Below are positions 1-8,507 of a stretch of DNA of 64,000 nucleotides, one piece after another. The DNA is from a bacterium (GTDB lineage: Bacteria; Zixibacteria; MSB-5A5; GN15; FEB-12). Location: assembly GCA_043811375.1 (NCBI GenBank), contig JBDRNJ010000036.1, positions 648 through 64,647 of the forward strand, read 5' to 3'. The notes under the pieces were generated by a model that saw only the letters and a program-made list of their open reading frames with translations, ran no database searches and was not told the DNA's origin. Made by a program: the position numbers and the translations under genes. Each line of letters opens with the position of its first letter. Position 1 is the stretch's first letter.

Positions 1-113
1 TTAGCTTCTCTGACTGAGCCAGCTCTGATCCACTTGTGCCTGCCCCGAAGGCAAACCACTACATAGTAGGTCTTCTTACCGTTCTTACCCTTCTTGGACT
101 GTATACTTGCCAC
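1..113 (-). CDS. Partial CDS (N-terminus only, continues off the left edge): probable tyrosine-type integrase with an arm-type N-terminus
   Basis: Too short for the ORF track. Hand translation from GTG at 113 gives VASIQSKKGKNGKKTYYVVVCLRGRHKWIRAGSVREA... AAGAGG Shine-Dalgarno at 119-124. The basic K/G-rich start followed by a YYV...G..KW...G pattern resembles integrase N-termini. It lies directly 3' of a tRNA gene in the same orientation. Confidence 0.4.
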   Translation of the reverse strand, partial: MASIQSKKGKNGKKTYYVVVCLRGRHKWIRAGSVREA

Positions 114-211
114 ACCAACCTCTTAGAAATCTGTTAGATAATCTAAGGATCGGAGAGGATTGTGTCAATAACTTATTGTGGGACAGCGGAGACTTCTGTT
201 AGAAAAAAATA

Positions 212-300
212 TGGCGGAGAGGCAGGGATTCGAACCCTGGATGGCTATTAACCATACACACTTTCCAGGCGTGCGCCTTAAACCGCTCGGCCACCTCTCC
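212..300 (-). tRNA. tRNA-Ser (anticodon GGA), class II with long variable arm, CCA encoded
   Basis: Reverse complement reads GGAGAGGTGGCCGAGCGGTTTAAGGCGCACGCCTGGAAAGTGTGTATGGTTAATAGCCATCCAGGGTTCGAATCCCTGCCTCTCCGCCA. The 7-bp acceptor stem GGAGAGG/CCTCTCC, the anticodon loop CT-GGA-AA, the T-arm CAGGG-TTCGAATC-CCTG and a long variable arm all fold by hand. Confidence 0.93.
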
Positions 301-439
301 GACAACAGATAAGAATACACGATCCGGCCACGTCGCCGCATCAACAACTAATTTATATAACACCGCCCAAAAGACAAGAGCTATCTTCTTACCGCCTGTC
401 CGGGGCCGTATCGCAGATCATGATCGGCTTTCGCGCTCA

Positions 440-1192
440 TCACCGCAACTGGTGCCGAGTAGTAAACAGCTGCCGTACGGCCAGTTGGACAGCGACAACA
501 GATGTAATCGTAACCGCCGAGAGTAACATGTAGGCGACAATGACCTGAAGCAATACCGCTTCCAGTGGCTCGGCGCCGCCCAGTATCATACCGGTCATGG
601 CGCCGGGAAGAGCCACGATACCTACCGTTTTCATGAAGTTAAGAGTGGAGATCATTCCGGTGGTGATGGCCTGGCGGCGGAATCGCCCTGACGCTGTCGG
701 CCAGTCTTTGCCCAGCGCCAGGGCCGTCTCGATGGCCAGCCGGTTGTCGACCACGTCGGACATCAAACGATCAATCGACAGGGCCGAGGCATTCATCGAG
801 TTGCTGATTATCATCCCGGCCAGCGGGATCACGTAACGTGACTGCAGAGGTATGATGTCCAGCAGGAGCATGGTCGCCAGAGTGAATAGCGAACCGATAA
901 CCATCGCCACCAGAGTCACCGGGAAGGCACCGCTGAGTTTCTTGATCCGGCCGGAGGCCGCCTGCGCCCCCACGACTATCATTACCATCATCACCACCCC
1001 CATGAGCCACAGCGATTCAAGACTGAAAATCAGCTCCAGAGCATACCCGACCGCGATCAACTGTATGAAAGTCCGGACCGATCCCAGTGCCATCTCGCGG
1101 GCGACCGGTATACGCCACCAGCGGGTAATGCCGATCGACACTACTACCAGAACCAGTGCCAACAGGGCATCAACAATAGTGGGACTGGTCAT
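440..1192 (-). CDS. fetB: UPF0014/YbbM-FetB family ABC transporter permease (iron-export type)
   Basis: 250-aa polytopic membrane ORF. Its start (WWRIPVAREMALGSVRTFIQLIAVGY) and overall pattern are typical of the FetB/YbbM family. It overlaps the upstream ABC ATPase by 4 nt. Confidence 0.75.
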   Translation of the reverse strand: MTSPTIVDALLALVLVVVSIGITRWWRIPVAREMALGSVRTFIQLIAVGYALELIFSLESLWLMGVVMMVMIVVGAQAASGRIKKLSGAFPVTLVAMVIGSLFTLATMLLLDIIPLQSRYVIPLAGMIISNSMNASALSIDRLMSDVVDNRLAIETALALGKDWPTASGRFRRQAITTGMISTLNFMKTVGIVALPGAMTGMILGGAEPLEAVLLQVIVAYMLLSAVTITSVVAVQLAVRQLFTTRHQLR

Positions 1193-1947
1193 TTCAGCCG
1201 CTTTTCCTTGAAGAGTCGACCCGATTCGGTCAGCGGGCTGCTCACAACCTGCTCACACGGTCCGGCTTCGGCCAACCGCCCGCCCACCATCAGAACCGTC
1301 CGCCCCCCCATGCGCAAAGCCTGACGAGGATTGTGAGTAACCATAACGACGGTCCGCTCACTCATAGACATCAATTTCGTGATCAGTTGTTCGACAGACT
1401 CGGTGTGACTCGGGTCAAGCGCTGCAGTCGGTTCATCGAGAAGAATGACCTCAGGATCGGTAGCCAGCAGTCTGGCCAACGCTACCCGCTGCTTCTCGCC
1501 GACCGAGAGAGTACTGCTATCCTGATCGATCAACGTCCTCGGAATCTGCGCCTGGTCGGCCAGACGCCGCACGTCGCTCTCTGATAGAGAACTGTCGGCA
1601 AACAGGATATTGTCACCAACGGTACCGGGAAACATATATGGTGTCTGCAACAGATAGCTCACCCGGCGACGCAACTGACAGGGATCGTATTGGCTGCTGT
1701 CGCGGCCATTGAAACGAACCTGCCCGGAAGTCGGCTCGTCCAGACGATTAAACAGTCGCAGTAGCGATGATTTTCCCGCCCCGGAGGGGCCGACGATAGT
1801 AGTGAGCTGTCCCCGGGCAAAGGCACAGGAAAAATCGTCGACTATGGTCCGCAAACCTCCTTCGCTGCGCACTGTTCGTGTCAAATGCACCGCTTCGATG
1901 ACAGGGGCACCGGAGTCGTCGGCGAGATGGTTATTGTTCACGGTCAC
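1189..1947 (-). CDS. ABC transporter ATP-binding protein (FetA/YbbL-like partner of the permease)
   Basis: Walker A GPSGAGKSS, signature LSVGEKQR and Walker B ILLDEPTAALD are present. The ORF track extends to 2052, but that would overlap the upstream gene. The GTG at 1947 (VTVNNNH...) sits just past the upstream stop (1931-1933), so the start is uncertain. Confidence 0.8.
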   Translation of the reverse strand: MTVNNNHLADDSGAPVIEAVHLTRTVRSEGGLRTIVDDFSCAFARGQLTTIVGPSGAGKSSLLRLFNRLDEPTSGQVRFNGRDSSQYDPCQLRRRVSYLLQTPYMFPGTVGDNILFADSSLSESDVRRLADQAQIPRTLIDQDSSTLSVGEKQRVALARLLATDPEVILLDEPTAALDPSHTESVEQLITKLMSMSERTVVMVTHNPRQALRMGGRTVLMVGGRLAEAGPCEQVVSSPLTESGRLFKEKRLK

Positions 1948-2923
1948 CAAAATACAAATAACGCTGAAGCAGCTTAACGTAATCCGACCACCCCGATCCA
2001 TCATGCCGGTCCCGAATGCGACTAATAGCCCCCATCTTGCTGTCGATCTCATCGCAGTAGTATATTACAAAAGCCTCCGGCATCTGCGGCACTACCGGCG
2101 ATGCAAACTCCAGCGTACCGTGATGGGAAAGAATGATGTGCCTGAGCTGCATCAATAACCCTGCCGGGAATGATTCGACAGCAGCCGCCTTCTCGCAAAT
2201 CCAACTGTCGGCGATACTGATATGCCCCACCAAGCGGCCTTCGTCGGTGTAATCGATGGCAGTCTGAACCGAATACTGCCGAACCTTGCCCAGGTCATGA
2301 AGCAGCCCGCCGAATACCAGGTAGTCGCGGTTGAGAAAATCATATCCCTTTGCCACCCGCAAGGCCAGTTCGGCTACATCGGCCGAGTGCTGTGAAAGAC
2401 CGCCGACACAGGCATGATGCCACAGTTTCCCGGCTGCCGCATTGAGAAACTGGTCGAAGAACTCTTCATCAGACCAGAATGAGGCCACCAACCACTTAAT
2501 ATCCTGGTTTTCGATTTTGTCCGTGAGAGACAGAATTCTCTCTCGTCGGCGCTCCCGGGGTTCGGCTGACTGCGGTAGGATATCCTCGATAGCATACTCG
2601 TCGTCCTGAGCCGGGCGCACCTGGTGGACGGTCAATTGCTTCCTGCCCCGGTACTCTCCCACCAGCCCGCGAACCTTGACAACCATGCCCTCACTGAGGT
2701 CACTCAGGCAGAACTGGTCCGGTTCCCACATGACAGCGCCGATACGGCCGGTGCAGTCGCCCAGCTCCAGCGAGACATACTTCCCCCGGGTGTACTCGCG
2801 AACCTCCCTTTTCCTTACCGCAAAAAAGGAAGTTATCGTGTCATCGATCACCAAATCCTGGATTTTCTTGTGATCACCGGCAATCATCGCAGCAAGCCTC
2901 CCGACAGACATTTCCCAGAGCAA
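1931..2923 (-). CDS. OB-fold plus HD-domain 3'-5' exoribonuclease, YhaM-like
   Basis: N-terminal OB-fold segment (YVSLELGDCTGRIGAVMW...VKVRGLVGEYRGRKQL) followed by an HD domain (HSADVAELAL...GGLLHDLGKV...ILSHHG). The exact start is unclear: M1, or an internal M at aa 5 (MSVGRL) or aa 13 (MIAGDH). Confidence 0.65.
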   Translation of the reverse strand: MLWEMSVGRLAAMIAGDHKKIQDLVIDDTITSFFAVRKREVREYTRGKYVSLELGDCTGRIGAVMWEPDQFCLSDLSEGMVVKVRGLVGEYRGRKQLTVHQVRPAQDDEYAIEDILPQSAEPRERRRERILSLTDKIENQDIKWLVASFWSDEEFFDQFLNAAAGKLWHHACVGGLSQHSADVAELALRVAKGYDFLNRDYLVFGGLLHDLGKVRQYSVQTAIDYTDEGRLVGHISIADSWICEKAAAVESFPAGLLMQLRHIILSHHGTLEFASPVVPQMPEAFVIYYCDEIDSKMGAISRIRDRHDGSGWSDYVKLLQRYLYFGDREQ

Positions 2924-2983
2924 CCGAACGGTTTAATATGATCTTGGAAGCGGCACGTTTTATCAATATATTCACGTGACGCC

Positions 2984-4333
2984 ATGAAGATACTCAGCCG
3001 ATATATTCTCAGAGAGCACCTGGGGCCTTTTCTGTTTGCATTTTCCACTATTACTTTTCTGCTCATTATTGACTTTGTACCCAAGATTGTCAACAGCGTT
3101 TTAGACAAGGACTTGCCCGTTTCGGTGGTGTTTGAACTTATCGGACTCAACCTGGCCTGGATGGTGGCTCTATCAGTCCCTATGTCGGTCCTGGTGGCTA
3201 CGCTGATGGCCTTTGGCCGGCTCACTTCCGATTTCGAGGTAACGGCAATGAAGGTATCGGGAGTCAATCTGTTACGGGTCATATTGCCCCTTCTGGTCGC
3301 CGGCGGGGTGATCATGGCTCTGATGATCGCTTTTAACGACCGCGTCCTGCCGGACCTCAACAAACGTGCCCGGACTCTCCGATCCGACATCTCGCGCATG
3401 CGGCCAACGCTGGTGTTTCGCTCGGGTATTTTTATCTCTGACATTCCGGGGTACTTGATTCTGATTGAGAAAATTGACCACACTACCTCGCGAGTCGAAC
3501 AGGTGCGTATTACAGACACCAAAGACCCCTCCAAACCACAGATTATCGTCGCCGACTACGGCTACCTGAAAGTGACCGATCGCGGTCGCAATATGCAGTT
3601 CACACTTTACGACGGTGAACTGCATTCGCTGGATACCGAAGATCCCGAGAATTACCGCCGTCTGGATTTTCAACAGCAGGTAATAAACATAGCCGGCACG
3701 GCTTCGGAACTGGACCGCAGCGATTCCGACTACCGTACCGATCGTGAGATGTCACTCGATCAGATGCAACTCAACGTCGATCGCGCTCAAACCTCGATCA
3801 AACCCTTCCGGGAACGAATCAACCGATCGCTGGGCGAGCGGATCGATCTCCTGTTTGACGGCAACCCGGTTGTTGACTCCGACAGCAACCTGACCGACTC
3901 GGCTGCCCTGATGGGTGTACTGCGGGGAGCCGAGGCACTTGTGCAACAGTTGACAAGAAGCCGCCAGCAGATTAAGGCTCAGTGCCGAGTAGCCAACAAG
4001 TATGCCATTGAAATTCACAAGAAATACTCCATCCCGGCCGCATCACTGGCCTTTATCCTGATCGGCGCACCGCTGGGAGTAGTGACACGACGGGGCGGTA
4101 TGGGAACCGCAATTTCGATCTCAATCCTGCTGTTCATCGTCTACTGGGCTTTCCTGATCGGTGGTGAGGATCTGGCCGACCGCGGCCTGGTGTCGCCCTT
4201 CTGGGCCATGTGGAGTGCCAACATCCTGGTCGGTGGCATCGGTCTCTATCTGTTGTACCTAGTGGTGACGGAAAAGCCACCGCTGGGGCTGTTCAGGAAG
4301 AAATACTCGAGACATCATGATAAGAAAGATTGA
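2984..4333 (+). CDS. LptF/LptG (YjgP/YjgQ) family LPS export permease
   Basis: MKILSRYILREHLGPFLFAF... is the family's canonical N-terminus. It has 3+3 TM segments around a large periplasmic insert and is paired with a second family member downstream. Confidence 0.85.
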   Translation: MKILSRYILREHLGPFLFAFSTITFLLIIDFVPKIVNSVLDKDLPVSVVFELIGLNLAWMVALSVPMSVLVATLMAFGRLTSDFEVTAMKVSGVNLLRVILPLLVAGGVIMALMIAFNDRVLPDLNKRARTLRSDISRMRPTLVFRSGIFISDIPGYLILIEKIDHTTSRVEQVRITDTKDPSKPQIIVADYGYLKVTDRGRNMQFTLYDGELHSLDTEDPENYRRLDFQQQVINIAGTASELDRSDSDYRTDREMSLDQMQLNVDRAQTSIKPFRERINRSLGERIDLLFDGNPVVDSDSNLTDSAALMGVLRGAEALVQQLTRSRQQIKAQCRVANKYAIEIHKKYSIPAASLAFILIGAPLGVVTRRGGMGTAISISILLFIVYWAFLIGGEDLADRGLVSPFWAMWSANILVGGIGLYLLYLVVTEKPPLGLFRKKYSRHHDKKD

Positions 4334-5396
4334 CCTCTACCTGCTGAAATCTTTTTTCCAGGCGCTGGTGGTCGTCACGGCAGCCGTGGGGCTGACAATT
4401 ATTGCCATCAATGCCATAGAGGAGATGCGTGATTTCATAGATCACGAAGTACCGCTGCTGAGCATCCTCGAATACTACCTGTACTTCGGTGGCTGGGTAA
4501 TCAAATCGTTTCTGCCGATGTTCGTTCTTCTGGCCGCTCTTTTCTCCGTCTCCATCATGGCACGACGGAACGAGTTGCTGGCCATGAAGACATCAGGTCT
4601 GTCGTTATACCGAATAGCCTGGCCGCTTTTTGTGGCCGCCGTCCTGCTGTCGCTGGGTCACCTCTACTATAACGAGTACCTCTATCCACCGGCCAACAAG
4701 AGGCGTCTGGAGATCAAGGAGTTCACTATCGAAAAACGATCCCAGCAGCGCCTGCACCATGTCAAGAATATTTACCGGCAGATTCGTCCCGGTTACTTCT
4801 ACACAATCGCCGGCTTCCAAGTCGACCGGGCCGAGGGTCGGGATCTGAAAGTTTACAAGACCGATCACAATCGCCTCAGCCAGATCATCACGGCGGCTAC
4901 CATTCATTACCAGGATTACCGCTGGGTGGCCCGCAACGGTGTCGTCCGTACCTTTGATTCCACCGGTGAGACATTCAGTGAGTTTACCGTCCTGCCCCTG
5001 CCCGACATCATGGACAAACCGGCCGATTTCTCCCTGCCTATCGGCAAACCGGAGGATATGAGCTACGACGAACTGAAAGCATACATTGAACTGATGAAAC
5101 GCACCGGCGGACCCTACCTGCGCGAATCGATCGATCTGGAAACCAAGCTGGCCTACCCGCTGTCGTCAGTCATCGTGATTCTGATGAGTATCCCCTTTGC
5201 ATCCAATCCTCGTCGCGGCGGAATTGCGGTCTCCATTGCCTCCGGAGCCTTGATCTCGCTGGCCTATTTTGTGCTCTTCAGGGTGCTGCAATCGGCCGGA
5301 TACAACGAACGCGTCCCCAGGGAGCTGGCTGTCTGGGGTGTCAACGGACTCTTTCTTGTCATCGGCGTAGTGGCCATGTTGAAAGCGAGGAAATAA
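4317..5396 (+). CDS. LptF/LptG (YjgP/YjgQ) family LPS export permease, second paralogue
   Basis: MIRKIDLYLLKSFFQALVVV... and the C-terminal NPRRGG...motif match the family. It overlaps the upstream paralogue by 17 nt. Confidence 0.85.
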   Translation: MIRKIDLYLLKSFFQALVVVTAAVGLTIIAINAIEEMRDFIDHEVPLLSILEYYLYFGGWVIKSFLPMFVLLAALFSVSIMARRNELLAMKTSGLSLYRIAWPLFVAAVLLSLGHLYYNEYLYPPANKRRLEIKEFTIEKRSQQRLHHVKNIYRQIRPGYFYTIAGFQVDRAEGRDLKVYKTDHNRLSQIITAATIHYQDYRWVARNGVVRTFDSTGETFSEFTVLPLPDIMDKPADFSLPIGKPEDMSYDELKAYIELMKRTGGPYLRESIDLETKLAYPLSSVIVILMSIPFASNPRRGGIAVSIASGALISLAYFVLFRVLQSAGYNERVPRELAVWGVNGLFLVIGVVAMLKARK

Positions 5397-6178
5397 TGCC
5401 GCATCCTGACCATGAAAAAAACCGACAGGCCTGGAACGAAATGACCGAGGTACATTTCCGGCACCCCGACTACCATGTAAAGGAATTCCTGCAGGGACGC
5501 TCCTCTCTCAAGGCGACTGAACTCGACGAGATCGGTGATGTTAACGGCAAGAACCTCCTGCATCTGATGTGCCAGTTTGGTCTGGACAGTCTGTCATGGG
5601 CGCGGCGCGGCGCTATCGTCACCGGCGTCGATATCTCCGACCGGTCAATCGAGAGAGCCAACGAATTGAAGGAAAAGGCTCGCCTGACGGCGCGCTTCGT
5701 TCGCTCCGACGTGCTGGACCTGGTGGGCAAAATCGATGACCGGTTCGATATCATCTATCAGTCGTACGGCACTCACTGCTGGATAGCCGATCTCAACCGT
5801 TGGGCGCAGGTGATTGCGCACTACCTCAAACCGGGCGGAATCTTCTACTTTATCGATGGTCACCCGATCACTCAGATATATGAGGTGGAAAACGGGTCGT
5901 ATTTCGACACTGCCCCGGAGCGTTACAGCGGGGAACGTGATTACTGCGACCGCTCCTACCAGATCAAGAACGAACTGGTCGAATGGCAGCACACCCTGGC
6001 AGACTTTATTAATGCCGTTATCAAAGCCGGACTGATTATCGAAAGACTTAACGAGTACAACGGGGGGTATTACCCGGTTCATGAGGACTGGTATGAAAAG
6101 GATGGCTTCTGGTACCCGCCCGACGGCCCGCCGCCTTACCCCCTGATGTTTTCACTCAAGGCGCGCAAACCGGGGTAA
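5396..6178 (+). CDS. Class I SAM-dependent methyltransferase
   Basis: Motif I-like LLHLMCQFGLDSLSWARRGAIVTGVDIS and a post-I acidic residue, followed by YLKPGGIFYFIDGHP. The start overlaps the LptF/G stop (TAATG). Confidence 0.7.
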   Translation: MPHPDHEKNRQAWNEMTEVHFRHPDYHVKEFLQGRSSLKATELDEIGDVNGKNLLHLMCQFGLDSLSWARRGAIVTGVDISDRSIERANELKEKARLTARFVRSDVLDLVGKIDDRFDIIYQSYGTHCWIADLNRWAQVIAHYLKPGGIFYFIDGHPITQIYEVENGSYFDTAPERYSGERDYCDRSYQIKNELVEWQHTLADFINAVIKAGLIIERLNEYNGGYYPVHEDWYEKDGFWYPPDGPPPYPLMFSLKARKPG

Positions 6179-6234
6179 GCCGTTTTCTGCACATGCTCCT
6201 TAGAATGTGATTGTAGAAGTGTGCATTTACTGTT

Positions 6235-6271
6235 CTGTCAGGTCTTGCGGCGCAGCCGTGTGACCTGACAG
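6235..6271. repeat. Perfect 10-bp-stem hairpin CTGTCAGGTC-N17-GACCTGACAG, followed by the small palindrome GCCACAAGTGGC and a T-run
   Basis: Read directly from the sequence. It lies between convergent genes (methyltransferase stop at 6178, PEBP stop at 6361) and could serve as a terminator. Confidence 0.6.
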
Positions 6272-6297
6272 CCACAAGTGGCTTTTATTCTGTGGGC

Positions 6298-6317
6298 GGC
6301 AGATGTCCACATCTGCC
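6298..6317. repeat. Hairpin GGCAGATG-TCCA-CATCTGCC, preceded by TGTGGGC
   Basis: Read directly. It resembles the TGTAGG-hairpin modules at 7046 and 8479 and lies about 45 nt downstream of the minus-strand PEBP gene stop. Confidence 0.55.
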
Positions 6318-6360
6318 CCACTCTGACCATACCCGGCCCAACGAGACTACAGCACAACTT

Positions 6361-6945
6361 TTACTGCCGCGTGTAAATCCCCATCAGTTGTCCCTCGGCC
6401 AGGATATGCCCCGCCATCGCCTGCTCCAGGTCCGCCCTGGTAGGCGGATCAGGAAAGCCCAGATCGGAATCGATGGCATACACTTTGAAGAAATAGCGGT
6501 GCGTGCCGTCGGGCGGGCAGGGTCCACCATACCCGGTGCTGTCGAAACTGGTCATGCCCTGACAGGCACCAAAAGCAAGCGTCTCATCAGGCGGCACGTC
6601 CGGCGGCAACCCCGGCGTGATCGCGGGAATGTTGTAAAGCACCCAGTGCACCCAGGTACCCGCCGGCGCATCGGGATCGTCGACGATAAGAACCAGGCTC
6701 TGCGCGTCCTCGGGAATATTGCCGAAAGCCAGCGGCGGGGAAATGTCGGCACCGTCACAGGTGTACTCCGGCGGAATCATGCCACCCTCTTCAAAGGCAG
6801 TGCTGGTAACGGCAATCATTTCGCTCTTTTCCTCCGGTGGTGGGGAAGCATTGGCAGTATCAGAAGCATCGCTTCTTTTGTCCCCCCGACATCCGCTGAA
6901 AATGGCTATCAGGAATGCTACGATTACCACAACTTTCAAACGCAT
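6361..6945 (-). CDS. YbhB/YbcL (PEBP, Raf-kinase-inhibitor-like) family lipoprotein
   Basis: Lipobox IFSGC near the N-terminus. PEBP signatures LIVDDPDAPAGTWVHWVLYNIP and GYGGPCPPDGTHRYFFKVYAID are present. Confidence 0.85.
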   Translation of the reverse strand: MRLKVVVIVAFLIAIFSGCRGDKRSDASDTANASPPPEEKSEMIAVTSTAFEEGGMIPPEYTCDGADISPPLAFGNIPEDAQSLVLIVDDPDAPAGTWVHWVLYNIPAITPGLPPDVPPDETLAFGACQGMTSFDSTGYGGPCPPDGTHRYFFKVYAIDSDLGFPDPPTRADLEQAMAGHILAEGQLMGIYTRQ

Positions 6946-7045
6946 AAATCCCTCCTTGGTTTATCACGTTCATCCTGGTGTTTGATCAAAAAGTATATCC
7001 AGCCGCTGCAACCGCAAACAAAAAAACGCGCCCCCCACAATGTCC

Positions 7046-7074
7046 TTGTAGGGCAGGTCTTCTTGAGACCTGCC
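7046..7074. repeat. TGTAGG-hairpin element: TTGTAGGGCAGGTCTTCTTGAGACCTGCC (9-bp stem GGCAGGTCT/AGACCTGCC)
   Basis: Read directly. A degenerate copy lies at 8479-8507 (23 of 29 positions identical by hand alignment). A hairpin with a related TCTTGAG loop lies at 15115-15132. Confidence 0.7.
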
Positions 7075-7222
7075 ATCTTACGGTAAATCTCGAGATAAAC
7101 TCTTATTCTGTTGTAAGATATTAGTTGACAAGCATATCCAGATTCGTATCTTTCATATGGAGAGGGTTGGTCGGCTATGAGCCGGTTCCTTTCCGCGCAG
7201 CATCCCCCGAGAACGGGAGAAT

Positions 7223-8461
7223 ATGATGAAACTCACATTGATTGCTGTTGCAGTTTTCGTGCAGACAGCCATAGCGGCGGTTTGCCATGCCGAAAACACT
7301 GCCGTTGTGCCGGTCTGGGATACGATCAGCACCGCGTGCACTAAGTTGATCGTCAGCAACACCGGCAATTTCGGCAAAGAAGGGATCGGCGGTGTCAACC
7401 TCGATTATCACGCTGCCGGTGACTGCGATCCCACGGCTGATATATACATATACGACGGTTCTGTCGTTATCGGTTATGTTCGTAACGGCAACGACACTGT
7501 GGTCAACCACTCCATCTATGGCACCAGTTATCTTGACCCTAACGGTTTTGTGCCTGTGGGAGACTACTCACCTACAGCGGACTCCGGCTACTATCACGTT
7601 TTCCGCAGCGGTAAGTTTGTAACCCATGATTCCCTGATAGCTCTTGAGATAGACTGGTACGCCCCAACTTTTCAACCCGACACGTGCAGCTTTGTGCTGC
7701 AGTCGATCCGGACGTACCTAAACGACACCACCAAACCGGCCCCGACGAGTATTCGCATTGGTGAAGTAGTCGACTTCAATATCCCGGCCGACACCGGTTA
7801 CCGCAATCACTCTGGATTCGACTACCCGCACCAGTTGATGTATCAGCAGGGGTCCGAAGAGGACTGGGACGGCTGCCAGCCCAATGACAACCGCTGGGGC
7901 GGAGTCTGCTTCCTGAGAGCCTATAAGAACGGAGCTCTCTACGACAGCACGCCACATGGTGCTGGCACTATGGACAATGCCACTCAGGTCGATCCCACCG
8001 GCGGGCTGGTCGGGGACTCGCTGTTTAAGTACATGGCTAATTGCGGGTACGCCGTCTCTGACTCCGACAATGTTGATCTGCACACTATCATGATATTCGA
8101 CACGCTGCCTACCCTGACGGCAACTGACACATTTGTCTTCTGGGTTGGAGTTCTGTCTCACTGGAGCGGCACGATTGCCGATTTCCTGGAAGAAGTCGAG
8201 CAGTGCCGGCAGGTGTTAGAGGATTGGTTGTGGACTCCAGACCCAGGACCGTGCATTTTACGAGGCGATGTAGACCACTCCGGCGGCATTGATGTTGGCG
8301 ACCTGACTTACCTGGTCGCATATCTGTTCCGAGGCGGTCCCCCGCCCGCAGTCGATACGGAAAGAGATGTCGACGGAAGTGGCAGCATCGACGTGGGAGA
8401 CTTAACCTACCTCGTTGCCTACCTCTTCAACGGTGGACCCTCACCACCTCCGTGCTGGTAG
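7223..8461 (+). CDS. Secreted protein of unknown function with two C-terminal dockerin-type (EF-hand-like) repeats
   Basis: Signal peptide MMKLTLIAVAVFVQTAIAAVCHA. The C-terminus carries GDVDHSGGIDVGDLTYLVAYLFRGGPPP and RDVDGSGSIDVGDLTYLVAYLFNGGPSP, a duplicated D-x-D-x-S/G-G-x-I-D calcium-loop pattern. I recognise no catalytic motif in the first ~345 aa. Confidence 0.7.
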   Translation: MMKLTLIAVAVFVQTAIAAVCHAENTAVVPVWDTISTACTKLIVSNTGNFGKEGIGGVNLDYHAAGDCDPTADIYIYDGSVVIGYVRNGNDTVVNHSIYGTSYLDPNGFVPVGDYSPTADSGYYHVFRSGKFVTHDSLIALEIDWYAPTFQPDTCSFVLQSIRTYLNDTTKPAPTSIRIGEVVDFNIPADTGYRNHSGFDYPHQLMYQQGSEEDWDGCQPNDNRWGGVCFLRAYKNGALYDSTPHGAGTMDNATQVDPTGGLVGDSLFKYMANCGYAVSDSDNVDLHTIMIFDTLPTLTATDTFVFWVGVLSHWSGTIADFLEEVEQCRQVLEDWLWTPDPGPCILRGDVDHSGGIDVGDLTYLVAYLFRGGPPPAVDTERDVDGSGSIDVGDLTYLVAYLFNGGPSPPPCW

Positions 8462-8478
8462 TAGTCTGAACGATTTTG

Positions 8479-8507
8479 TTGTAGGACAGGTCTCTCCAAG
8501 ACCCGCC
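8479..8507. repeat. Degenerate TGTAGG-hairpin element: TTGTAGGACAGGTCTCTCCAAGACCCGCC
   Basis: Hand-aligned to 7046-7074. It begins 18 nt after the stop of the dockerin-tailed gene. Confidence 0.55.

Noticed and set aside
1948-2052. Upstream extension of the ABC ATPase ORF
   Set aside because: It would overlap the YhaM-like gene by about 120 nt, and the extension has no ABC-related sequence. The GTG at 1947 is preferred, although the exact start remains uncertain.
6292-7086. 264-aa plus-strand ORF
   Set aside because: It is antisense to the well-supported PEBP lipoprotein gene, and its Arg/Gly/Pro-rich sequence is not protein-like.
7125-7152. TTGACA-16 nt-TATCTT as a promoter for the dockerin-tailed gene
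   Set aside because: The -10 is weak and promoter consensus in this lineage is unknown, so it is not reported as a feature.
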